From Selaginella moellendorffii (lineage: Eukaryota; Plantae; Lycopodiophyta): 64,000 bases of DNA. Below the pieces are notes generated by a model. That model had not been told where the DNA came from, ran no database searches, and worked only from the letters and a program-made list of their open reading frames with translations. The stretch spans positions 558,001 to 622,000 of the forward strand of contig NW_003314261.1 in the NCBI RefSeq assembly GCF_000143415.4. Reading direction: 5' to 3'. A program made the position numbers and the translations under genes. Below are positions 12,305-24,607 of the stretch, piece by piece. Position 1 is the stretch's first letter. The number at the start of each line of letters is the position of its first letter.

Positions 12305-13675
12305 AAGTGTAATGCATGTGATTATGGGATCAGATTTGGATATATTAGTTTTTTAGAACCTTGAGGGCTAAATAAGGATAAAATAGCCACTAAGGGTTTT
12401 CTTATTAAATAATTACCCTTTTGCCAGTTGATAGAGATAGAATACACTACACAAATCCCCTCAATTTCAAAAAGTTATTAAAGCTTTATAAAAGGTATTA
12501 TATTGACGACCCTCTAATTTAGAAATTTATTTATTCATCATTGAAACATCAAAATCTTCATTTTCATCTTCACTTTTGCTAACTAAAAAAGTGTTGGAAT
12601 TGAAGCCTAATAACAACCCCACACTTTATTCATTTTCCACTAGTACACTTGTTTGTAAAATTTGCATTTGAGTCCAATTTCATAAATGGGCAAATCTTAC
12701 TCATTATGAATATTTCTAATCACTACCAAAAAGCAAACCAATTTCACTACCATAATAACCATACTATTAAAATTGAACCACATGCCTTTCCTCCTTAAGA
12801 ACCCTAAGTGATACTTAAATATAATAATGAATGGGATATATATGACCTGTATGTATAACCCATCATGTACCATTCAAAATGCATATATGCTTATCTCATT
12901 GGTATTTGGACTTTGTCCAATTGGAGAATGCCACTTGGACTATACTATGCATGTAGAGGATTTACAAATAGAATGCCATATTTTATAAAACATGCTTCCA
13001 ACAATGGATACTTTGTTTTAAGAGTTTTTCAACTTTGGTTACAACATCTTCCATGGTTAGGGAATGGAAGCAAGGCTTGAAATATTGGCTTCCTTTAGCT
13101 CTTTCTCAATTTGTTTGGCAAATGCATTGAATTGCAATGCAAAAATGTGGAGATATAGTTTTGCCAAGCTTGGAGATTGTTTAGTTTTTGTATTCAAGGC
13201 TTCCAAGGACTTGCAAGTAAGAAAATGTACTTAGGTACTATAAGTTGCATCCACATGAAAAAAATTGGAAAGCATGCTAATTTACATTGGATGAGGCAAA
13301 GGTGGAAGTTGTCTATCATTGCCTGAAATTTCTGCTTGTCTACACCAATATCTAACATGAGTGATAGCATAGCATTATGAGTGTTGTGGAAACTAATGAC
13401 TTTCAATCCAATGACATATAATTAAGCTTTAGCTTTTATTGTTAGAATTACCACAACTACTCATAAAAGAAGAAAATTGAGCATAAATTAGCATCACATT
13501 AATTAAGACATTTGAACACTTATAACACACCTTATTTCTCTTCTATTAAGCCAACTTAAGAAAGGGCAATTACTTAATGAGAAAGCCTTTAGTGGCTATT
13601 TTATCCCTATTATTTTAAAAATCCATAGTAATTGTATATCTAAATCTCATCCCATAATCACATGCACTAGACTCA
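12305..13675. mobile_element. Decayed element with ~120-bp terminal inverted repeats (possibly Mutator-like)
   Basis: 12305-12422 (tgcatgtgattatgggat...ggataaaatagccactaa...taattaccctttt) is the reverse complement of 13560-13675. No clear TSD or transposase seen. Confidence 0.55.
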
Positions 13676-14974
13676 CCCATCCCCCCCTTTAGATACATAT
13701 TAACTAACAACCCGTACTGAGCCAAGGCGAATTAATATTTTTATTTTTGCACTGAATCTATCAATCTTTTTATTGTATAGATACCTTCCTATTGTGGAGC
13801 ATCTATAGACAAGAGCTGCATAAGAAGGACGCATGTATACAATTTTAAATTCAGGGATAAAAATATACCTTGCTCAAGGGTATATTATATTTTAAGTAAT
13901 CACTAATCAATGGGAATTAAACCTATGTAATTTCTTTTGATATTACATGTAGTACACCTTATCTTTCTCCCCTTAAGTTTATTAATTATCTTATTTATCC
14001 CTCAAAATTCTAATGATCCACAATGACTCTAAGCCAAGCTTTGGTGTTACCACTTATAAACTTATATACACCCTTTCTTAAGAACTCATTTGCTATGCAC
14101 TTGTATCTCTTAACTTTGTATTAGAAATGAGGAAGGATGGATAACTTTAATGAATTTGTATGGCACCACTTTGTGTTGCCATATTCTCTATGTGGCACTC
14201 CAAGTAGTTGGGTGGCAAATTAAGAATCACTCCAACCTTTGCTTCACAAAATAGTAAAAGCTTAAGTACTTACAGATGGGAAAAAAATGCCTAGTGGATG
14301 TCATATAGCACTAAATTTATCTAGCATAGACCTTTGGCATATCTCTCAGGAGGCAATAGTAACTCTATACCATTATCTGTGGTGGATCTAGGGCAAAAAA
14401 GGTAAAGCCAAACCTAGTAGCTATTGCTAGCAATCCACATATTATTCTCACCTACATGCAATTGCATCACAGTCACTATGAGATTGCTTATAAATGTCCA
14501 TAGAGGCTTTTAAACTTTACCTCTCTACCTCATATGCTCACTCTCACTTAAGGTCATTAAGTCCCTCCAAGAGGTTGCAAAACAACACCATATTCCCTCA
14601 TCAACAATGTTGTGGTATGGGATAGTGTTGTAGCTCCATATGCTTCAAATTTGCACATCCTCTCAAAAGATTGATACTTTCTTAAAACAAGAGCTTTGAC
14701 ATATCCCCAACTGTAGGCACATTAGGAAATACAATTCACATCTTAAGATTCATGAAGTCCCACCCATGGGTAAGAATAGACCTTTTAGAACACTGGTAAA
14801 TACTTCAACTCAAGTGAGGCCCAACCTAACTTAGTATTAAGTCTGAAAAGATTTATTCTAGTGGCAATAGATTACTTTACTAAGTAATAGTAATTAAACC
14901 AACACTAATAACAAACATTTTTGTTCAAAATATATTGACACTTTGAAATGAAGAGGTTAAAACATTAATGAATG

Positions 14975-15705
14975 TGTAAGCAACCAAAGAGAATAGCTTG
15001 AGAGACGATCCATAAGGTTTAAATATAAAAGGAAAGGGCCCATGAATAGAAATGCACAATTGGTTAAGGGTCTTGGGATACTTAGGGTTAAGCATCCTTG
15101 AGTTTGAATAATACTGGGTTGGGTGACTTTTCGAGAAGTCTAAATTCAAGAGCTTACATTTAGTATTGGAACAAGTCTCAGGTCCAACTTTGTTGGTTAA
15201 TTTAGGGGAGTCACATCATATATTAATTGACATTTGGCAGGTCTAGTTTGCTCTAGTTGAGTTTGACATGAAGGGTAGAGTATCAAAAGAGTAGGGCTCT
15301 CGGGAGAGCTACAACTCTCAGCATCCGTTCATGAGGGCGTGAATTTGCAAAGGGAATCACATCACATATTGATTGATATTTGTTAGGTTTAATTTGCTCC
15401 ATCTAGGCTCAATCTTAGGGGTAAGGTGTCAAGAGAGTAGGGCTCTCAGGAGAGTTACGGCTCTCAACTCTATTCATGAGGGCGCAAACTTACAAGGAAG
15501 TGTGATGGATTATAAGCAATAAAAAATAACAAACTTCATAAACAATCTATAAGGTTCAAATATAAAAGGAAAAGGCCTATGAATAAGAGTGCACCCATTT
15601 TTTCAATCCGTTAAGGGTTTTGAGATACTTGGGGTTAAGCGTCCTTGGGTTTGAATAATACTAGGTTGGGTGATTTCTCGGGAAGTCCAAATTTAGGACT
15701 TTACA
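14975..15705 (+). mobile_element. Cassandra-type TRIM with two 5S-rRNA-bearing LTRs (14975-15158, 15511-15705)
   Basis: Short direct LTRs (TGTAAG..CTTACA) contain gttaagcgtccttggg..tactagg..gggtga....cgggaagtcc, matching the 5S internal promoter region; decayed PBS; purine tract before the 3' LTR. Confidence 0.85.
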
Positions 15706-15719
15706 CCCAATAGTAGTGT

Positions 15720-16435
15720 TGTCTAATAATCAAATATAAAATATTTTCAGTTTATATCCATTCACTTGAGTGTTATATTTTTCTCTATCAAGATTTACTA
15801 GCAAGTATAGTCCATTATTTTAGACTTTAAACTTTTGATATCGGTCATCTTATCACATTATCACGAAAAAAGCTTCTCATAGATATTTAATCAATTCTAC
15901 TATTATATTTTATAGCTAGATTTCCAATTTAAAATACCTTTACAAATTTCTTATCAAATCTAAAGTTTCTTTCTTGTTGAATTGCTTCCATATGTTGAAG
16001 AGTTTGATATTGATTCTCATATATCCCTTCAAGTTGAATAAGCCTCAATTCCAAGTCTTTATTATCATTTAATTCATGCTTCAGTATTGGTTGTAAAGTT
16101 GAGATTTTCAACTCAATAACTTTTATTTTATAAACTAGTTAAAAAGGAGTTTTTTCATATCAAGCCTACTAGCACTTCTTTGGGCTACAGTATCATCCTT
16201 TAAAGTCATATTTGATGAGTCCTATATACTTTATGTGGAGTTTGCCATTCCTACTAGTTCAAACTTTGCTTTAATGTTTTGGTTGAAGCTAGACACCAAA
16301 AGTAGGTTTATCTGAGCGAACAAGGAAAAATTTAATGACACAGCCTTAGTTTCTAGCTTGGTAACAGAGGCCCAGTGTTATGATTTTATAGCTGATCCTA
16401 CAGGCCTTACAAAAACTAAATTTTTTTTGGGGGCA
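15720..16435 (-). mobile_element. Gypsy integrase C-terminal remnant
   Basis: RLIQLEGIYENQYQTLQHMEAIQQERNFRFDKKFVKVF followed by GNL..; duplicated in inverted orientation at 18562-19270. Confidence 0.6.
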
Positions 16436-16436
16436 T

Positions 16437-16704
16437 TTTAGCTACTTATGCTTATGAGGAGTGTAGCCGAACCTTAAATTCTATTTAACCCGGGGAGGGG
16501 AATTGGGAGAGAATTTGGGAATCCGTGGATGGATGGCTAACATTTCGTTGCTTATGCAATGAATTGCTGAAACCAAGTAGAACTAAGTAGAAACTTGTAC
16601 AATAGGCAAAAATCTTGGCGAGGGAACTTAACTAAGGCCAAGGCCATGGTAGTCAGATAGACAAATTAAGTTAGCAAATTGGAAAGAAAAAATTTATAAT
16701 TTAC
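16437..16704 (-). repeat. Decayed partial copy of the LTR-like segment at 46923-47190
   Basis: Reverse complement aligns by eye, e.g. ttagccatccatc.acggattcccaaat.ctctcccaat.cccctccccgggtta. Confidence 0.8.
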
Positions 16705-17499
16705 AGAAGGTTACCAATTAAACATCGATAGTAACATTCTATTATTTACAAGCTAACATGTTAGTGAAGAAAAAAACACTAGTGTATTATATAACATTCT
16801 AGGAAAGCTAACTATTGAGAAGAAGAAATATTGTAATAAATAGCTACTAACAATATTATAAAGGTATAGAACCACATTTAAAGACTAATACTTAAATATC
16901 ATTGTTGAAGTACCAAAAATTATTCTAGTTTATCTCTCTCATTAGTCTAAATGCAATCTCTAGAAATTTGCAACATATGACTACCTTTACCACATGAGAA
17001 GTTTTTTAAGAGTTGAGAATTTTATCCTTACATTCTGTTGAGAGGAGGTCAAGTGCACACCTTACGAGAATCCTTCAGTCAACCGAGAATGACAAAGAAA
17101 AGTTAAAAGAGCTTAAATAGTTCAATAGATCCATTCACCTATTATCTTACAACAAAAAAACTAGAACCAAGTATATACTTTAGCTCACACAATGACACCA
17201 TGATCTCAAGTGATTTCTAAGATCAAAGAACCAAATTAGTAAAAATCAAATAAAGAATGAGAAAAAGAAATCAATAATAATGATTAATGTGATCAGTGAT
17301 GACTCTATTACTTGTTCCTTAAATACTCCAGAGATTTACTCCCATAAGTCTAAGAAAGAAACAAGAAAAGTGACATTCTTCTAGAAAAGAGAAGTCATAT
17401 TGGCTATGCATCTTGTCTTTGGCCTGTTAAGAGTCTTGTAAGATTGTCTATCACCAAAGGATCCTTCAGTATCAAATTACTTTGCATTTGGTAAAAAGA

Positions 17500-18500
17500 T
17501 TCCTAACACTCTTTGCCTTGATAATTCATCCATGTTTGATTCGCAGATATAGTACCTCTACCGCTATGGAAACTATGCGTAATTTATTTCATGCTTCTTT
17601 TAGTGGAGATAAAAACTATAGTATAAAAAAGTGGTGGTAAGAAAAATTATATATTAATTCATCAATTTTTAAGTACAGGTGTTTGTTAGCTTGAATCCAA
17701 AAATTGTTGTTTTCTTGTAGCTATAATAGGATATAGCATGACCTTGCAAAATGTAACTACCTAGAACTTAGAATGATTGGTTGAAGAACTTCTTGAAAAT
17801 TTTTAAACAAGCTACTCATTTCCCAAATTTCTTTGTAAAACCAAAGGTGTTATTTTTCGCAAATGGCATCTCCACAACCCTTCCATAAAACCTGAAATAG
17901 AGCGTAGTTTGTGGTATATAAACATTAACCCAGTCAATATTTGTGATCTAACCTAATACTTCATAAAATAATTGTTCATTTTCAAAATGTTCGTCAATAT
18001 TTGTTTTAGTTGTTGATTATATTTGGTGATCTTATAATTTCTGCATGCACTTATGCTATATAAACTTTTCTAACCTCCTGATAACATTTTTCTCCAAGCA
18101 TTGAGTATGCATTGCTAGTGTCAAACACTGTTGATTCATGAGTGCTGCAATTTATAGCTCTAGAGCCTATAGAAATGTTTTCTATGTTCACCCCCTGGTG
18201 TTTTCCCTTTATATAATCTCTAACTTCAATAAATTTTAACTTCAAATCAACCAGCCCATCTAAAAATTTCATAGTCCCTGCTAACAATTCATTATTTCCA
18301 TACACACTACAAATCTCTATGGCCTTTATATTTGCCATTCGACCCATCTACTTGAAGAATAAGGACTAGTCCAATCCAAGAGAGAGTATTCCATCTATAA
18401 TTTTCAATTTCCCCCATGGAGTGTCTCATAAAAAAATTGAATAACTCACTAGAACTTTGCTACTTCCACTGTTACCATTGATCTAAACATCCCATGTTTC
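17500..18500 (-). mobile_element. Highly decayed Gypsy pol remnants
   Basis: Fragments resembling EMPFA.NN (RT MPFGL) and GHAISYYS (RNase H) in AT-rich DNA with many stops. Confidence 0.35.
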
Positions 18501-18561
18501 CACCATTACACCATAGTTTTATATTTTTCATTTCCATACTCCACTTGGACATTGTAAGTTT

Positions 18562-19861
18562 TGCCCTAAAACAAAAATTTAGTTTTTGTAAGGCTTGTAG
18601 GTATAACACTATGCCTCTATTACTAAGCTAGAAACTAAGGTTGTGTTATTGAATTTTTCCCTATTCGCCCAAGTAAACTTACTCCCAATGTCTAGCTTCA
18701 GCCAAAACATTAAAGCAAAGTTTGAACTAGTAGGAATCGCAAAATCCACATGAGGTATATGGGACTCATCAAACATGACTTTTAAAGGATGATACTATAG
18801 CACAAAAAAGTGCTAGTAGGCTTGATATAAAAAAATTCCTTTTTAATTAGTTTATAAGATAGAAGTTATTGAGTTGAAAATCTCAACTTTACAACTAACA
18901 TTGAAGCATGAATTAAATGATAATAAAGACTTGGAATTAAGGCTTATTCAACTTGAAGGGATATATGAGAATCAACATTAAGCTCTTCAATATATGGAAG
19001 CAATTCAACAAGAAAGAAACTTTAGATTTGATAAAAAATTTGTAAAGGTATTTTAAATTGGAAATCTAGCTATAAAATATAATAGTAGAATTGATAAAAT
19101 ATTTATGAAAAGCTTTTTCCATGATAATGTGATAAGATGACATATATCAAAAGTTTGAAGTCTAAATAATAGACTATATTTGCTAGTAAATCTTGATGGA
19201 GAAAAATATAACACTCAAGTGAATGAATATAGATTGAAAATATTTTATATTCGATTATTAACAACACTACTGTTGGGTGTAAAGTCCTAAATTTGGATTT
19301 CCCGAGAAGTCACTTAACCTAGTATTATTCAAACCCAAGGACGCTTAACCCCAAGTATCTCAAAACCCTTAACGGATTAGCAAAAAGAGATGCACTCTTA
19401 TTCATAGGCCTTTTCCCTTTATATTTGAACCCTATAGATTATTTATGAAATTGTTCTTTTTTATTGCTTATAATTTACCACGCTTCTTTACAAGTTCACG
19501 CCCTCATGAACGGAAGTTGAGAGCTGTAACTTTTTCGAAAGCCCTACTCTCTTGACACCCTATCCCTTAGGTCGAGTCTAACTAGAGCAAACTAAACCTA
19601 CCAAATGTCAATCAATATATGGTGTGATTCTTTAAACCAACCAACAGAGCTAAACCTAATACCCACTCTAATACCAAATGTAACTTCCTGAATTTAAACT
19701 TTTCAAGAAGTTACATAGCCCAATACTTTTCAAACCCAATGATGCTTAACCCTAAGTATCCCAAGACCCTTAAACAATTGAAAAAAGTATTTATGAGCCT
19801 TTTCCCTTTATATTTGAATTTTATGAATTGTTTTTCAAATCATTTTCTTTGGTTACTTATA
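18562..19861. repeat. Right arm of an inverted duplication (partner 14975-16435): Gypsy integrase tail plus Cassandra
   Basis: Continuous reverse-complement similarity, including the same cccaa.agtagtgttg flank next to the Cassandra LTR. Confidence 0.9.
19278..19861 (-). mobile_element. Cassandra-type TRIM (LTRs 19278-19472 and 19679-19861)
   Basis: Two 5S-like LTRs; PBS remnant (ctctaatacca on the + strand); near-TSD ctcaa/cccaa. Confidence 0.85.
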
Positions 19862-20418
19862 TTGAGTTACAAACAATCAATATGGCTTACAACTATACAC
19901 CTTATTTGTGTAAGATTATATGACAGGAAAAATCTTCAATAAAAAACGCTATATTCAAAGTCGAGATATATATAAATATAACTACCTTTCCTCTATAACC
20001 TAATATTTGAAGTTAAATTCAAAAACAAGTAAAACCAAATCCCTTTAGAATTACTCTTTTCTTTCTATATCTATTTTACTCTATCATAAATTTTATCTTC
20101 CACCAAATTTATAAAATGATTTATTATATAACTCTCATATTTAAGTATACCTTCCAACCTTGCAAAGATTTCTGTCACCATTCAAAAATGTTTTCTTATT
20201 TAATATATGCATTTAACAATGGTCAAATCTACCACCTTTTTTACCAATATTTTATAATATTAACAATAACACATAGAATATAATTTAAAGACTATATAAG
20301 GAGGAACCTTTCATAACACAAGGCATTAGAAAGGGGGTGCTCTCCAATATGTTATTCATCCAATCAATTAATGTGGCACCAACCAATTTTACTAGTCATA
20401 TTCAACTATTCTTATATC

Positions 20419-21183
20419 CAATGCTTCAAAACACGCTGTGCACCACAGCGTGTTGGCGTGGTGACACGAACACGGCCCCTAGCCGTGTTAACACGAGCCA
20501 TGTTCATTGACTCGGTCAATGCTCCAAAACACAGCTCCAAACACGGTTGAAACATGGTCAAATATTGTGTGACCACGCTGTGTTCTAAAACAATAGTTCA
20601 CGTGGTTCACGTGAGTGTTTTGTGCTTTGATGTTTTCTTGTCTTGCGATCAATCAAAAATTCCTGCGATCAATCAAAAGGTTTTTCCAGCGATCTATGGT
20701 GATTTTCTTGGGCTGGGAATGCCCTCTCTAGGATTCTAGTGCTGGAGTGAGAGGAATGGCGCTCATCCACGCCTGATTTCGCTGCAAAAAATTCCTGATC
20801 ATTATCTCCAAGTTTGTAGATTTTCTCTCCCAAATTTTCTCTTTGGATTACTTCTGCCATAATTCTTAGCTGCTTGGCATTGCATCTTTGTAGATTGCTG
20901 TGATTCTTAGTTGCTATCACTTCAAAAAAGAGGAATTGCTTAGTAGTGAGCCAGATTGCAGACTTGGTATTTGTGGCCAGTAATACCAAGTTGATAGGGA
21001 GCCACAAGTTGATGATGATCCTACTAATGAGGAGCTTCTAGATGAGATGGAGTAATAAGTAGAATATTCTAGAGAATATTCGTGTTTTCACCCGTGTTTT
21101 TCCGTGTTCATTTCTGTGTTCCATGTTCGTGTTCAAAAAATTGAATGCCGTGTTCGTGTTCGTGTTCGTGTTTTGAAGCTATG
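20419..21183. mobile_element. Non-autonomous hAT-like element
   Basis: TIRs caatgcttcaaaacacg / cgtgttttgaagctatg (15/17 match), 8-bp TSD cttatatc / cttataac, subterminal ACACG/CGTGT repeats. Confidence 0.82.
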
Positions 21184-21254
21184 CTTATAACTCTAAAGCC
21201 TAGGTTTGTGATTTCATTTTAGTGAATTCCATTTTGTGTTTGGTTTTCCTTTAG

Positions 21255-21752
21255 CACAGCCGGTTGATGACCTCTCAAAGCAGGAGAAGCTCGAGGCGCG
21301 AGTTTTTCCTGAGGGGTGGAGCTCCAGTGCGCGAATCAAGAGGCTGGATGCTACCTCGCTCGAGCAGATTCGAAGAGGAAGCCTCTACCTAGATATGGCG
21401 ATATTTGGATAGATTCTTGTGCGGGTATGTTTAAGGTGAATTGGTTTTGAGATACAAGAAGGCAAGGTATTTAAAATTCTTTTTCGTTGATCTAGATTGC
21501 ACTGTCCGATTTAGATGTATTACACAACTGAACCGGATGTGCATGGAAATGAAGCATCTCCAGTTGCGTTTGCCATTGCCGAGCTCCTCGAGTCCATTCC
21601 CTTGTTCATGTGGAGTTTGAATGTGTATGGCGGTCGGTACCAAACTTCAGAGCTGCCTGCTTCAAGCAGGTTTGTGCTTGTCAAAAGCCATCCATTTTAA
21701 TGATCGAACTTGATACGTGCAGGAAAATTCTGAAGGAAAATGGACGAGAGTG
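21255..21752 (+). pseudogene. Exon/intron fragments of an unidentified gene; 3' part repeated at 57470-57670
   Basis: LLESIPLFMW(S/G)LN..GGRY...LPAS, the following intron and a last exon occur at both sites. Confidence 0.4.
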
Positions 21753-22194
21753 AGTGCTGCTGTACCGAAGGGACGACTTTGAGCGAGTGCCGGAAATTTT
21801 TGCTCTTTGTGCAACAAAGTGTGCTATAGTGTAAGCATTCACAGAAGCACTGCCAGCTTTCACTAAAAACACCTACTTTATTTCTTTTCAGGAATGATAA
21901 ACTGGCAGATCAATGAAAGTCCGTGAGGAGTCTTCACCACGAACGCTCTTAGTTTGTCCTTCCTGCCCATGTATCGGCACAACTCAGGATAATTTGTTCT
22001 CTCGTATCAACTGCTCCGTTTCAGCCATAGTGTTCCTCGTCTGCACTTCGTTTTGCAATTCATTCTTAAACACGAGGACATCTCGGTCAAGGTGCATCAA
22101 TGTAAGCTTTGATAAAATGAAACTCTCCTCTAAATTCAATAAAATTCCAAATGATCACTATTACTACTGGCAAAACCTTATATTTGGGTTTATT

Positions 22195-24339
22195 ATGGCT
22201 ACAGCGCCATTGCTTTGCTGCGCGCCTAGCGCTCGGCTCGACCTCTCCGGCAAGCGCGTTGTGGTAAGCATTGCTTCATATGGATTCACATTCCTTCGCC
22301 TCTCACAGGTGGTTGGATTGGGTTCCTCCGGCAGGGCTGCGATTAGGCTTGCCCTGCTTCGTGGAGCCAGTGTCATTGCTGTGGACAAGAATGACAAGCT
22401 TGCGCCTCTCAAGGTAAAGTGGAGTTTTGTTTTCTCGTGCTAGAACTTTTTTTCTTTCAAGGAAGATCCTGCATTCCATGGCTATGAAATGGATCGGGTC
22501 AGCACCGAGCTCGGTCCTCATCAACTGGAAACGTTTCTCAGTGCTTCCAGAATTGTTGTCTCGCCAGGAGTTCCACTTAGCGAGCCCATTCTCGCCTATG
22601 CCATGGACTCGGTAAGTTCGTTTTTGAGTATCAACGGAGCTCCTAGAATTTATTTTATTTTCCAGGGCATTCCAACGATATCGGAGCTCGGATTTGCTGC
22701 TGAAGCGTTCCCGAAAGCTGTGAAAATTGCTGCTGTGACAGGCACCAACGGAAAATCTACGGTCACGACCTTTACTGGTCAGGTAAAGTTTGCTGTTGCT
22801 CGCTTTTTATCTCCTCTTGTCCATAGCACAGATTTCGTGGTGGAATAGATTTTGCAGCAAGCTGGAGTGCGGACTTTCGTAGGAGGAAATCTCGGGACAC
22901 CATTCTCTGATGCTGCGTGCGAGTGTTTTAAGTTCCCTTCCGACGATCCTCCTTACCAGGTAAGTGCTTGAAGTTTTTGGTATCGTTTCTTCATACGGTG
23001 GCTAACTCCAGGCAGCGGTTTTAGAAGTTAGCAGCTATCAACTGGAGCTTCCGGGATCTTTTTCCCCGTCTGTGAGTACCGCCCTTCCTTGCATTCTGAG
23101 TTTTTACTGTTTTGTGATGCGCAGGTTGGCGTGATTCTTAACTTGTCGCCCGACCACTTGGAGCGCCACAAGAGCATGGAAAACTATGGCGAGACAAAGT
23201 GCCGGCTGTTTGAGCGTATGGATTCCTCGAAGTTATCCATCATTCCTCATGGTAAGACTTTGGACATTGAAATCGATATAACTATGGTGTCTTTAATATT
23301 TTCCATGCTGACATGAGTTTTCCACAGCGGACGAGTTCCTGAGAAAGGTTGCATATAAGTATAACAGTGGCAGCACCAAAGCCTGGCTTGGAGCACTCCC
23401 TGGCGTTCAGGTGTTCCGGTTTTTTATTCCGTATTTCTCTTTGGATGTGCTGCTAAGTTGTGCTCATTTGTCTCCTCATTTCTCAGCTTGATAGCCAGGC
23501 AAGGCGAGCCGTCGTGGTGGTTCCAACAACGAAAGCTGAAGCCCGATTATATCTCAGTGGATTGAAAGCTGTTGGTTCCCACAATGCTCAGAATGCTGCC
23601 ACTGCTTCCTTGCTCTCTCTCGCGCTGGACGTTGGTGTCGACGAGCACAAACTGCAGGCAGCGATTGGACAACTCACACCTTTACCTCATCGGATGCAAA
23701 TTGGTATGCTTTCCATTTTTTTTCGTTTCTCATCGCTGGGGTCTTTGTTCTTCTAGTTGGACAAGACAAGAAAGGTGTTTTGTGGATCAACGACAGCAAG
23801 GCCACGAATGTGGATGCAGCTTACACGGGCATCAAAGGCCTCGCCGATCGAAAAGCTGTTATACTCCTCGGAGGTCTCGCGAAGGTAAGTTAAAAACTAC
23901 TTTAAAAATCATTTCTCTTGCTCGCAGGTGCTTGATGAGGATGGAAGCCTTGGATTCAAGAAACTAAGCGATCTCCTACAAAATCACAGGGCCATCGTCA
24001 CAGTAAGCTCGGGAAAACTGTGTCCATGCTACTCACATTTTCCCGTTGTAGTTCGGTGCATTTGGCGAACAGATCGAGAAAGAGTTGAAGGAAGCCAACG
24101 TTTCAATCCCATGCTTCCGTTCCCTGACCATGGAAGATGCTGTAGCTAGAGCTGAGAAACTCTCCAAACAAGGTATTCATTGCTGGAAGCACGCTTTCTT
24201 TATTCATCTCATCATCTTTACAGGAGATATAATTCTTCTCAGCCCAGCTTGTGCCAGTTTTGACGAGTTTCGCAACTTTCAGCATCGAGGGGAAGTGTTT
24301 GGACAGCTTGCAACTCGATACATAACATCGACGACGTAA
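22195..24339 (+). CDS. MurD: UDP-N-acetylmuramoyl-L-alanine:D-glutamate ligase (plastid peptidoglycan pathway), multi-exon
   Basis: [31 protein letters not shown]-loop, [55 protein letters not shown]....RG. Confidence 0.95.
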
Positions 24340-24607
24340 AGTTCAGTTGTTCTTCCTCACGGTACGTGCGATAGTCTGGCTTCTTGCAACTACTTGTGGT
24401 GCTTGTTTCCAGGATCACCAAGTGCATGTTTCTGGATCGCGAAGCTGGCTTTGATAAGCATTGGACAAATTTTCCCGAGGTAAGAATGCCATATCTTTGT
24501 GATTCTCTAATGATCTTCCATTGTTGCGATGTTTGGAAGTAGAAAACGTTGTCAAGATATGGGAGTTCGAGTCGTCATATCTTCGCTCTAGCAAAGCTCA
24601 TGGCCTA

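Noticed and set aside
13030-13130. GCR1_C/Crypton-like motif (VREWKQGL) inside the TIR element
   Set aside because: Too short and degenerate to support.
21090-21175. CRISPR-like or satellite gtgttc repeats
   Set aside because: These are subterminal motifs of the hAT element; no spacers.
22195-24339. Bacterial contamination or recent HGT of murD
   Set aside because: Many spliceosomal introns and plant neighbours; plastid-derived Mur genes are known in non-seed plants.
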